Source of the DNA: a virus
Lineage: Duplodnaviria > Caudoviricetes
Reading direction: 5' to 3' (one strand)
Length of the DNA: 64,000 bases
IMG/VR virus record: IMGVR_UViG_3300042892_001369
Location: 533 to 64,532 of that record
The translations under genes were made by a program, and so were the position numbers. The notes beneath the pieces are model-generated. The model was not told where the DNA came from, ran no database searches, and saw only the letters and a list, made by a program, of their open reading frames with translations. Below, in pieces: positions 29,651-39,411 of this stretch (position 1 is the first letter of the stretch; every line of letters begins with the position of its first letter).

Positions 29651-29896
29651 ATGAAAACACTAGAAAGTAACATCATCGCATTGGCAGTATTAAGCTTCTT
29701 TGGGGGCGTAACGTTAACAATAGTAATGGGAAACGTATACAACCGTGAAGAATTGCTCAGACAAGAAGAAAATGAGTTTAAAAACCAAGGTCACACGTTC
29801 ATTTGGAATGATGATTGGGAATCTATTCCAGCTGAGGGTTATGTAAAGATCGATATGGTTGAGGGTAATACAATTTATCTAGCGCCTAGCGAATAA
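29651..29896 (+). CDS. Early membrane-anchored protein
   Basis: 81 aa with an N-terminal TM helix. Confidence 0.65.
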   Translation: MKTLESNIIALAVLSFFGGVTLTIVMGNVYNREELLRQEENEFKNQGHTFIWNDDWESIPAEGYVKIDMVEGNTIYLAPSE

Positions 29897-30046
29897 AACA
29901 CCCGCAGGGTGTATAGCATACAGCCCTAACACGGTTGTTTTTTGATAATAATTATGGGTCTGGCTCTGAAATAAGGTCGAAAGAGTAGACTCCGTCCTAC
30001 ACGATAGTTTCTGGGCTCACCGAACCGTATAAGATCAAAAAAAAAG

Positions 30047-30091
30047 GTGACGTTAGCCTATTATATTATATACTTAAGACCCTAATGTCAC
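30047..30091. promoter_or_regulatory. Palindromic operator-like site, copy 2
   Basis: GTGACGTTAGC-N23-CCTAATGTCAC. Confidence 0.65.
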
Positions 30092-30390
30092 ACTTTTCCA
30101 AATACTCGGGTCGCCACGGCCCCCCAACACACCGTGTATAGCACTTACAAGCATAATACGAGCTCAATTTGATAATATATTTGAATAAAATGACCGATTC
30201 TAGTCAATCAAAGTAATAAATGTACCATATTTTGGTGTAAATGTGTTGTTTTGAGTAACAAACGTAGAGATAGGGGGTTATATATACATTACTTTTTTTT
30301 CTTATAAATAAAGTGCAACCTTCTTACGGTCTTGATACGAATTGGATTTGATAATATAAGTGTAAGTATAACAAACTAATATAAACGATT

Positions 30391-30489
30391 ATGACGAATT
30401 ATTCTAGAGCCTTTAGGGTGGTATTATTAAAATTGAAATTTGAGCTCTTAGAGGGTGCTAAAAACGCTGCTTGGGCGATGAGAAACTAG
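30391..30489 (+). CDS. Very small early ORF (32 aa)
   Basis: MTNYSRAFRVVLLKLKFELLEGAKNAAWAMRN behind promoter copy 9. Confidence 0.45.
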   Translation: MTNYSRAFRVVLLKLKFELLEGAKNAAWAMRN

Positions 30490-30515
30490 TATTTAACAAT
30501 TAAAAAGTAATTAAT

Positions 30516-30638
30516 ATGGAAGAATATAGCGATTGTTGTGGTGCAAGTAGACACCATATATTTGATGAGTTGTGTGGAGATTGTTTAGAACATTGCGAAT
30601 TTACGGATTGGGATGGAGAAGACGATATACAATCTTAA
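30516..30638 (+). CDS. Small Cys-rich, zinc-finger-like protein, not in the ORF track
   Basis: MEEYSDCCGASRHHIFDELCGDCLEHCEFTDWDGEDDIQS (40 aa), with CC...CxxCxxHC. Confidence 0.65.
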   Translation: MEEYSDCCGASRHHIFDELCGDCLEHCEFTDWDGEDDIQS

Positions 30639-30684
30639 TACGAATTGAGTTTGATAATAAATGTGTAACTAAAAAAGATATAAT

Positions 30685-32368
30685 ATGAATTTAGATTTTA
30701 AAAAATTGAGTGTGAGTGACCAAGTTAAAGCGGTTGAAAATGTGATTAGGCTTGATAGTATTAACTACTTATGCTACTTAATCGGTAACGGTGAAAAATC
30801 ACACGATGTGTATGGGTGGTTTGTATTAGGTGATAGCTTAGAAGGTGACCAATATTGGTATGATGTAAGAAACGAAATAACTAAAAGCGAAACAAATGAA
30901 AAAGTTTAATGGATTTGAAGCTCACTTATTAGAGGAGGGTTTAAAAAGATATGTCGAGGCTATCGTCGATGACATTATTACGGCGGAACACAAAGGTAAA
31001 CGTCCTATCATGACGGCGGATTATGTTCGTATGATTGAACGTGAGACATTAGAAAAATTAAAAAGTTTAACTCTAAAACAAAAGTAATATGAATAAAATA
31101 ATAAGTTGTGAGAGTGTGTATTGGTGTGAAGGTGATGACCGTTATGTACGTGTGTTCCAATTAGGCGATGAAATTACCGGTATCAACTTCATGCAAGGTG
31201 ATGATTATGAATTATTCAACGATGACTACCAAGGTATCGATGAAGACTTAACAAACTTTTTCCACGCTACAAAAAATCATTTGAGTGGCGACACTAGAAT
31301 TGAGCGTATTAACCAAGCGATTTGGGCGTGGTTTGACTATAAAAATAACTACTAAAACGAGTAATATGAAAGAGTATAATATTGAAGTGTGCGAAACACT
31401 TATAAGAATAGTAACCGTTGAAGCAACGAGTGAAGAACAAGCATTAGAGTTTGTACGGTATGATTATAACAATGCGGAATTAGTATTGGATAGCGATGAC
31501 TTTTTTGATGTGGATTTTGAAATTGTAAATAGAGATTAATATGAATATAGAAATAACAAAGATTGAAGCAAATGTAATTCAAGTGGCGCTTGACCACCTA
31601 TACGAGATGCATAGAGAAATAGTAACCGAAGCATTATGTGATAATGATTCCGAAACCGTACGATTTTCGTCTCACGTGTTAAGTAATATCACAGAGATAC
31701 AAGAAGAAATAAAATATAAATTAACTTTAGAAACGGATAAATAATGAAACAAATAGTAAACACAGTAAGTACAATAGATTTTAGAGATATAACTAACAAT
31801 TCGTTTGTTGGTATTGCTTTTGGTCATGACCATAAAGCTATGGTTATTCGAGTAGAACGAGATAAGTTCATGAGTTTAAGTAACCACAGTTATTGCAATC
31901 TACTTGATTGTTGGGATTCAACTACAATGCAAAGTTATATCTCTAAAGCCTTGAGTCAAGGTGATTATGTTAAAGCATACGCTTTTAATGATATAAAAGA
32001 ATTATTAACTTGGTTAACACTTGAATAATATGGCAAATAAAATAACAATGGATTCGGTACATGCTTTTGTAATAGGGAGGCCGTTTTGTAGACAGAATAT
32101 GGAGGTAACCGCTAATGACAACGGCGTATACTTAAAACTACACGGTAATGTAATAGCGAGACGTGACCGTGAAAATGGTGCGGTGTTTATTAGTAATTGT
32201 GGTTGGTCTACTAACACAACTAAGATGCGGTTGAATTACTTGCTATACATGTATAACTCGCCCTTCAAAATCACCCAAAAGAATTGGGTATGGTATCTTG
32301 GTGATAAGCAATGGGAAGGCGGTAAGACCTATATATATGATGAGGCTTACAAAGTTAATACGAATTAA
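30685..32368 (+). CDS. Cluster of early hypothetical ORFs (30685-30909, 30896-31087, 31089-31355, 31541-31744, 31744-32028, 32021-32368)
   Basis: Tightly packed or overlapping plus-strand ORFs behind promoter copy 10; no recognisable families. Confidence 0.7.
31366..31539 (+). CDS. DpnD/PcfM-like small protein
   Basis: Likely start MKEYNIEVCETLIRIVTVEATSEEQALEFVRYDYNNAELVLDSDDF, matching the family pattern as I recall it. Confidence 0.55.
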   Translation: MKEYNIEVCETLIRIVTVEATSEEQALEFVRYDYNNAELVLDSDDFFDVDFEIVNRD

Positions 32369-32406
32369 GATTGATAATATAAATGTAACAAATAAAAATT
32401 ATAATT

Positions 32407-33675
32407 ATGAATACAACAGGTAAACTAGACAAATTGATCGAAAGTAAAGTAGATCAAAAGATTAGAGAATTTTCAACTAAAATAACTAGTCAAATAAAAG
32501 ACTTTCTTGTAGAAAATGGTGACTATAACGGCGACAGCTTATATCAAGCAAACGGGTTTGACCAAGAATATCGCCCTATAGATTATAAGTCAATGAAAAT
32601 GTACACTATGAATAGTAATCTTAGAGGTGGTTTAGAATTAACCATAAAACAAAATATGATTGATAGAGCAACAAAAGAATTATTAGAAAAAGTAGAATTA
32701 TTATCTTAAAACAAATATAATTATGGTAAAGTTAAACGAAACAAAAAGCAAAGAAAAGTTATTAATGCGCGACTTAAAAGACGGTCAGATAGCAATAATT
32801 GTTGATGATAATTACCACGGGTATAAAGGTAGAATAGTACAAAGATACGGTATCGAGGCTTTAACTCTAGGCATGAGCTCAGGAAATGGGTGGACAGATA
32901 TTCAAAACAATACTTTAGAAGTAAGATTATTAGAAGACGGAGAAACATTAACAATATTTGATAACGAATAAAAATTATAACTATGGCAAGAATTAAATAT
33001 CGAGGTGAAGGAATAGAAGTTGAATATAATCTTTATGGTGATTATTACGCAGCTACTAATGATAGTCAAGAAGAATACCCGGATGTAATTATTGATGCAG
33101 TATATTATAATGAAGTTAATATACTACCATTATTAAGCTACGAAGATCAAGAAGAAATAAGTGAAACTTTAATTGACTATTTATATGGATAATGCAGAAA
33201 AATTTAATGAATGGATGAAGAGTAAAGTGCAAAGTTATTATTACTCAAACAACTTAGAAATGTTAAACGCTTTTAATACAATGACAGATAAAGATGGAAG
33301 AAACTATAGCCCACCGCGTACACTTAAAAGCATTAGCTAAAGTAACAACTCTTATGTTCGATATTAGAGAATGTAAAGAAGATTTAAAATGGGATAATGG
33401 CGATGGCCCATTAACCACAGAACAATTACAAAGTTGCTTGCGTCACACTGAGCGTGAGTACGATATATGGAATTATATACTTAAAATAACAGCAAATGAA
33501 AAAAATTAAATTTTTAAAGAACAACTTAATCCGCCTAAATGGCGTGCTATACACACCTTATCTTGTTGGCGATCTGCCACAACGATTCGGATTTATTTAT
33601 AACGAAGACAAAGAGCAAGACGGTATTACCTCTTGGTTTAACTTCAAAGGATTTACTTATGTAGTTAAGGAATAA
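32407..33675 (+). CDS. Cluster of early hypothetical ORFs (32407-32709, 32723-32971, 32983-33192, 33294-33509, 33496-33675)
   Basis: Packed plus-strand ORFs behind promoter copy 11; the last (59 aa, MKKIKFLKNN...) was translated manually. Confidence 0.65.
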
Positions 33676-33736
33676 CTTACAAACATAACACGATTAACAA
33701 TTGATAATATTAATGTAACCAATAAAAATAAAAATT

Positions 33737-34346
33737 ATGACACAAGATCAAAAAACTCTATTTGAAGTATCAATTTCAAAAGTAAACAACTCTGCTAGCA
33801 GTATCTTTTCTAAAGATGACGTGATTGGCTTATTAACAACATTAGAATCATGCATCGCCGATTCACCTAAAGAAACAGGTGTTAATTATGACTGTGATGC
33901 AATTGTGCGAGCATTCAACGACATATTTGATGAATATGATTTCGATGAATTTGTATCTTTTGAACCTGAGCTATGTGGATCATACGGCAGTAGCTATTCA
34001 CTTGAAATAAACCACAGCTTTGATGACAGTGAACTTAGAAGATGTATTATTAACGACCTAGAAAAATATTTTTCACCTAACGAACCAGAATAATATGAAT
34101 GCAAAACAAATTAAAGATTATATAGAAAATACTTTAGGTCAAACACCTAGACATGACTGTAGTGCATTAGCAAAAGCTATAACAAAAGCAAGTAAACAAT
34201 TTGATCAAAATGAATTTGATATGCTGTATCTATTATTAGAAAACTCACCGATCGATAGTTACACCCACAGTTATGGCTTTCATACCGCATACGGCAGAGA
34301 ACTTATAAATACCATGCAAGATTATTATTATAAATATAACCAATAA
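33737..34346 (+). CDS. Two early hypothetical ORFs (33737-34093, 34095-34346)
   Basis: Behind promoter copy 12. Confidence 0.7.
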
Positions 34347-34357
34347 AAAATAAATAT

Positions 34358-34633
34358 ATGAACACAATTAAAACAGTAGAAGATTTCAAACAATTCGTTG
34401 GTGACAACGGCAAATTATTTAGTGTAACATTCACAAAGCTTGACGGATCTGAAAGAAAAATGGTTGCACGATTAGATGTAAAAAAATATCTTAAAGGCGG
34501 TAACACACGTTACAATCCAGCATCTCGTAACAATATTATAGTATTCTCAATGAAAGACGACGCCTACCGTACGATCAGCATTGATAGACTATTACGAGTT
34601 AAAGCATTTAATACTACCATACAAGTTGGGTAG
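34358..34633 (+). CDS. SH3/WYL-like beta-barrel protein
   Basis: FSVTFTKLDGSERKMVAR...VFSMKDDAYRTISID pattern of phage SH3-fold (DUF2693-like) proteins. Confidence 0.6.
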   Translation: MNTIKTVEDFKQFVGDNGKLFSVTFTKLDGSERKMVARLDVKKYLKGGNTRYNPASRNNIIVFSMKDDAYRTISIDRLLRVKAFNTTIQVG

Positions 34634-34682
34634 TTACAAAGATAATACGAATACTAACTGATAATATAATAAACTAAACAAT

Positions 34683-35114
34683 ATGAACTTACAAACATTT
34701 TTATCCGAAGTATTAAAAAATAATGGTGGTAGTTATAATATAACAACTGGTGAATCAAATCCAACTGACGGTTATATGGTATCATTACCAAATTGTGAAG
34801 AGATCTTTAATGCTGATGACTTATGCGCTACTGTGTTAAGCGAATATATAATCGATAACGCCGATGAATTATCTTCAGAACATAGTTTTGTAGGTTTATG
34901 GATTGATAATGGTATGGTCTATCTTGATGTGTCAGTAAAGTATGATGATCTTGAAACCGCTTGTTATGTTGGTATTATTAACGATCAAAAAGCAATCTAC
35001 GATAATGCAAATGCGGTTGCTATACACCTGCCAACTCCGCAACGATCTGGCACAATGACGCAACAACGAACATATAATTATATGGCTGCACAAAAAGCAG
35101 CTGGATTAATATAA
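34683..35114 (+). CDS. Early hypothetical protein
   Basis: 143 aa behind promoter copy 13. Confidence 0.75.
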   Translation: MNLQTFLSEVLKNNGGSYNITTGESNPTDGYMVSLPNCEEIFNADDLCATVLSEYIIDNADELSSEHSFVGLWIDNGMVYLDVSVKYDDLETACYVGIINDQKAIYDNANAVAIHLPTPQRSGTMTQQRTYNYMAAQKAAGLI

Positions 35115-35218
35115 TCGATAATAATGTTGATTTCTGGGACTACGTAAATTTATGCCGCTAAGCTCGGTTGTAGTCGAATTGCAAATAAAGAATATATCCG
35201 GTTTGCAAATCAACAAAA

Positions 35219-35290
35219 GAACTAAGTCTGGTAGCCATTGAGTTGGTAACGACCGACGGGTTTTGGGGTTCGATTCCCCTTTTAGTTCCA
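35219..35290 (+). ncRNA. tRNA-like RNA with a non-canonical D arm and anticodon arm
   Basis: GAACTAAG/TTTAGTTC closing stem, GGGG-TTCGATT-CCCC T-arm and 3' CCA; the central stem GTTGG/CCGAC has a 6-nt loop. Confidence 0.5.
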
Positions 35291-35358
35291 AATTAATAAC
35301 ATACAAAACAAACACGAATATTAATTGATAATAATAATGTAACTAAAACAAATTAACT

Positions 35359-35802
35359 ATGAATATATTTTATTTAGACCGCGATCCTTATAAAGCCGCG
35401 GCAAAGCACTACAACAAGCACGTAGTAAAAATGGTATTGGAAGCTGCTCAATTACTTTGTACAGCGCATCATCTTGAAGGTAATCCAGACGACGTGCCTT
35501 ATAAAAAGACACACATGAATCATCCGTCAGCAGTATGGGTACGATCATCAAAAGCAAACTATATGTGGTGCTACGAATATATGTTAGCTCTTGGTAAAGA
35601 ATATACAAGACGATACGGCAAGTCTCATTTGACTATTGAGAAGTGTAGAGATATTCTATATAACATACCAAATAAAATCAAATCTGAAGACTTCTGTGAT
35701 CCTCCACAATGTATGCCGGACGAATACAAAATGGCCGATGCAGTACAAGGTTATCAAAAATATTATGAATTTGGCAAAGCACATTTAAAAGATAAAGTAT
35801 GA
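35359..35802 (+). CDS. Pyrimidine-dimer DNA glycosylase-like protein (T4 DenV-related family)
   Basis: MNIFYLD...KHVVKMVLEAAQLLCTAH...YKKTHMNHPSAVW...EYTRRYGKSH. Confidence 0.75.
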   Translation: MNIFYLDRDPYKAAAKHYNKHVVKMVLEAAQLLCTAHHLEGNPDDVPYKKTHMNHPSAVWVRSSKANYMWCYEYMLALGKEYTRRYGKSHLTIEKCRDILYNIPNKIKSEDFCDPPQCMPDEYKMADAVQGYQKYYEFGKAHLKDKV

Positions 35803-36407
35803 CAAAACAAGAAATAATTTCAGAACTAGACATTATATCTGCTGTTGCAGAAGTTAATGAAAATACATTGATCTACAATAAAGTAAAAAGAATTAAAGAT
35901 TGTTTAATAGATGAGTGGAATCTTAGCGATTTTTATATGGATTTGATGATTAAAGAACTATATTATTATGAAACTACAACTTAACAATTACGGAAAAATA
36001 ATGACATACGAAACAGCGTATGATGATGTTAACTTAGAAGAATACTTTGAAGCGTTCGAAGGCTTATTAGTACAAGCGACATTTAACCAAAAAAATATTA
36101 GAGAGTTCATTGTAGAACTTGCAGAATCATATAAAGAAGAATAATTATGACAGACGAACAAATTGAAAAATTAGCAGAATTAGTTTTCCAAAAACTATTA
36201 GACAAACAAAAAGAATGGGATCAACAATTTAATAAAGACATTTACACAGAGTTAGATTTACCTGATTCAGTGCACATTGCCACGCAATTAGCCATATCAG
36301 AGATGCTACTAAAACAGTATGTTGAAGACGAAGATTATTACCTAGCGGGGGAAATACAAAAAACAATAAAAATATTAACTGACAAGTTAAATACAATGAA
36401 TGATTAG
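35799..36407 (+). CDS. Three small hypothetical ORFs (35799-35984, 35968-36144, 36147-36407)
   Basis: Overlapping or packed ORFs; the last ends in a UVR-like segment (EDEDYYLAGEIQKTIK). Confidence 0.6.
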
Positions 36408-36417
36408 TTGACAAATA

Positions 36418-36462
36418 GTGACGTCAGCTTATTAAGATAATTAAATAACAGGCTAATGTCAT
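36418..36462. promoter_or_regulatory. Palindromic operator-like site, copy 3, overlapping the start codon of the HTH gene
   Basis: GTGACGTCAGC-N23-GCTAATGTCAT; close to the reverse complement of copy 1. Confidence 0.65.
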
Positions 36463-37076
36463 ACGATAGAAATTTAGACTACTTAAATAAAAAGAGAGTG
36501 ATATATAGACGTGGACCATTAAATGATAAGCCAACCGAGGAGTTTAGTTGGGGTAGTTATTATGAAGAAGGTACAAAAGAATGTTATGAGTTATTTCGCA
36601 GTAATGCAAAGATAACTACATATAAGTCATTGCGATGGCATCTATATGTTCTTTGGTATCTAAATGATAATCTTGATCAAAACGCATTTGAAAGTATTGT
36701 TAGGTATGTATGTGATAAAAAGAATGGCTTTATAACTTTTACAGTTAGTGAGCAATTACTACAAAGCATGATGTACGATGTATCTCTTAAAGACCTTGAA
36801 GAACCCCCATATAATAAAACAAGAAAGATAATCTTTAAAGACAACAGTGGGCTTACATTAAATGAGAAGCTAAGCATAGTTGGTAAAATGATTGGTAAAA
36901 CTAAAAAGGTAAATGAGTCTGATATATATGACGTTATGCTATACATGCATGACATCGGCCAAAAAATAACGATCAAAAAAATTGCGGAGCATTTTGGTTG
37001 TGCAATACGAACTATCCATCGCAATATGAGCAATGAATTAAAAAAAGAAAAAGAAATCCTTAATCAAGAATTATGA
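36456..37076 (+). CDS. DNA-binding protein with C-terminal HTH
   Basis: KITIKKIAEHFGCAIRTIHRNM is a classical HTH. Confidence 0.7.
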   Translation: MSYDRNLDYLNKKRVIYRRGPLNDKPTEEFSWGSYYEEGTKECYELFRSNAKITTYKSLRWHLYVLWYLNDNLDQNAFESIVRYVCDKKNGFITFTVSEQLLQSMMYDVSLKDLEEPPYNKTRKIIFKDNSGLTLNEKLSIVGKMIGKTKKVNESDIYDVMLYMHDIGQKITIKKIAEHFGCAIRTIHRNMSNELKKEKEILNQEL

Positions 37077-37900
37077 CACCAAAAGAAAAAGCGGAAGAGT
37101 TAGTAAATAAATATTTAAGAACATATCCAATATACGATAATCCAACTGTAGTAATATCTTATACTAATACTGAAGCTAAAAGCTGTGCATTAATAGCAGT
37201 TGATGAGATATTGAAAATAACTTGGGTTGACAAATTTTTAATTACAGAAGATTATTGGCAAGAAGTTAAACAAGAAATAGAGAAATTATGAAGTATTTTT
37301 TAATATGGTTAGGTTATGAATTTATAAGACCAAAAATTATTTGGCTATGGTATTATTTAATTAATAAAGGAACGGAATGACACAATTTATTAAATTTACG
37401 CTAATGTGGATTAGCCAGAACTTAGCAATACCTTTTTGGGTTGTGGGACATGTGCATTTAACTATAAATATATATGAAGATATACATGAAATAATAGCAT
37501 CATTTGGCATGAATATAATAGTTGCAATAGGTTTTTGGATAGAATGGAAAAACAATATAAAACAAAATAGAACATGAAACTAAAAGAATTACGAAGCTTA
37601 CCATTTAGAAAATGGGACGAGGTAAAGTCATACAAAAGTATTTTAGTAATACCAAGTGGTAAAAAACATGAGAGTGGATGGGCTTTAATGTATGTTATTG
37701 GTTTAAATGAAGAACAAAAGCCAATAGAAATTGCAGCATGTTGCGACGATATTTGTTGGAAGATTCCGGAATCAATAGAGTATGATTTTAGAAACGATAT
37801 GTTTTATCCAAGCGGTGCAATACATTTTTGGAGTAGAAAATATTCTTTTGAAGTTGGAACATCATTATCGAGTACTGATATATCATTAATTAAAAAATAA
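37073..37900 (+). CDS. Hypothetical ORFs (37073-37291, 37377-37577 membrane protein, 37574-37900)
   Basis: Packed plus-strand ORFs with ATGA overlaps; 37377 has two hydrophobic segments. Confidence 0.65.
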
Positions 37901-37906
37901 ATAAAT

Positions 37907-38668
37907 ATGAAAAGTTACAACATACCAAATTACCTTAGGTATAAAGAAGACATAGCTCGTGTTAATAAAAATAATAATGAAGCAGAATTTAAATCGTACT
38001 CAAGAGATCAACTTATAAGTAAATTCCTACCATTAGTAGAAAATATAGCCAAAAAGTTCTCAACAACGACGCAAGCCTGTGGAGTATTAGATATTACGGA
38101 TCTTATTCAGCATGGATCAATTGGTTTAATATTAGCCGTTGATAAAATAGAATGGGACACAATAGACTTGTCTGCTGATAAAGAAAAAACAATTAAGTCG
38201 TTTCTATCAAAAAGAATTAAAGGCTCAATTAGACGAGCTATAGACATCAACAGAGGTGCTATTAAAATTCCAGAGCATAAGCTAAATGAAATTAGAAAAG
38301 ACAATGGTCAAGATCATAAAATGGTTGCCATGTTTTTCAATTCCATATTCCTTAGTATCGATGAACAAATGAATGATGATGACGAAAATATGTTGTACCA
38401 AATCCCTGATAGAACAGAGCCGTACAATATTAATATGATGAATAAGTATTTAACAGGATTGTTGAAGAAACATTTAACAGAAACGGAATACGATGTACTA
38501 CGATTAAGTTATGGACTTGATTGTGATAAACATCCTGCAAATGCAATAGCAGACTATTTAGGCATCGAAGGAGCAAGTGCTTATGTTAGAATTTCTGAGA
38601 TAAAAAAGCAAGCAATCGCTAAGCTAGTTGCTAACGTTGATTCCTCGCAAGTCCTTGATTACCTATAA
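37907..38668 (+). CDS. Phage sigma70-family RNA polymerase sigma factor
   Basis: Region 2: RDQLISKFLPLVENIAKKF, DLIQHGSIGLILAVDKI, RIKGSIRRAI. Region 4: LTETEYDVLRLSYGL...IADYLGI...RISEIKKQAIAKL. Confidence 0.9.
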   Translation: MKSYNIPNYLRYKEDIARVNKNNNEAEFKSYSRDQLISKFLPLVENIAKKFSTTTQACGVLDITDLIQHGSIGLILAVDKIEWDTIDLSADKEKTIKSFLSKRIKGSIRRAIDINRGAIKIPEHKLNEIRKDNGQDHKMVAMFFNSIFLSIDEQMNDDDENMLYQIPDRTEPYNINMMNKYLTGLLKKHLTETEYDVLRLSYGLDCDKHPANAIADYLGIEGASAYVRISEIKKQAIAKLVANVDSSQVLDYL

Positions 38669-38735
38669 GTTATATTAAAATTTGTAACAAAAATTAACTA
38701 AATATGTTACAAAATACGTAATTATATTAATATAG

Positions 38736-38815
38736 AACAAGAGTAAATTTTAATGTTTTTTACTCTCGAAAATAAAACAAGAGTAAACTTTAATGTTTTT
38801 TACTCTCGAAAATAA
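38736..38815 (+). repeat. Tandem 40-bp direct repeat, each unit a hairpin
   Basis: AACAAGAGTAAA(T/C)TTTAATGTTTTTTACTCTCGAAAATAA twice with one mismatch; AGAGTAAA/TTTACTCT stem. Confidence 0.9.
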
Positions 38816-38834
38816 AACCAATTAAATTAAATAT

Positions 38835-39407
38835 ATGACAAAAAAAGAAGACCCAACAATGTCTTTGCATGAAAAATTATCTAGGATCCAAGTAGAATTT
38901 AAAGCTAACAAAAGTAAATTCAATTCCTTTGGAAAATATAATTTTAGATCGGCAGAAGATATATTAGAAGCATTAAAACCTTTCAATGAAAAGTATGCTG
39001 TCTATTTTGTGATTAAGGAGCATGTAACTTATAATGGTTCATTGCCAATTATGTTATCGAGTGCTACAATTTATGATGTTAATGGAACAGATTCTATTGA
39101 AGCGACTGCTGTAGTCGGTGTTGACTTAGTTCAAAAAGGTATGCAAACACCTCAAGCGTTTGGATCAGCGTCGTCTTATGGAAAGAAGTATGCATTAGGT
39201 AATCTATTATTGATTGATGATACTCAAGATGCAGATGCAACTAATACGCACGGCAAAGCTGCTGCGCCAGTATCTAAAAGTAAACTTGATGTAGGAGATG
39301 CGGCATTTGAAAAAGCAAAAGCATTTATTGCTAATGGTGGATCATTAGATGCAATCAAAACAAAGTATGACTTAACAGATGCTGCACTAAAAGAATTAAC
39401 ACCATAA
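38835..39407 (+). CDS. ERF-family single-strand annealing protein
   Basis: KSKFNSFGKYNFRSAEDIL...QAFGSASSYGKKYALGNLLLIDDTQDAD. Confidence 0.88.
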   Translation: MTKKEDPTMSLHEKLSRIQVEFKANKSKFNSFGKYNFRSAEDILEALKPFNEKYAVYFVIKEHVTYNGSLPIMLSSATIYDVNGTDSIEATAVVGVDLVQKGMQTPQAFGSASSYGKKYALGNLLLIDDTQDADATNTHGKAAAPVSKSKLDVGDAAFEKAKAFIANGGSLDAIKTKYDLTDAALKELTP

Positions 39408-39411
39408 CTAT

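Noticed and set aside
27512-30669. Repeated 42-bp motif as a CRISPR array
   Set aside because: The repeats are degenerate with variable internal spacers, are separated by hundreds of bp containing ORFs, and no cas genes are present.
35125-35215. Three-stem junction as a hammerhead ribozyme
   Set aside because: The CUGANGA core is absent, and the GAAA and UH elements do not match.
35136-35290. Canonical tmRNA
   Set aside because: It is only about 155 nt, has no convincing tag reading frame, and the T-arm is offset from the G3-U70 pairing. Kept only as a tRNA-like element.
35106-35315. Minus-strand 69-aa ORF
   Set aside because: It is antisense to the tRNA-like element (GESNP is the typical reverse T-arm translation) and runs against local gene direction.
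27512-35343. Repeats as integron attC sites
   Set aside because: There is no integrase in the window and no extended internal palindrome beyond TTACA/TGTAA. Position before start codons fits promoters better.
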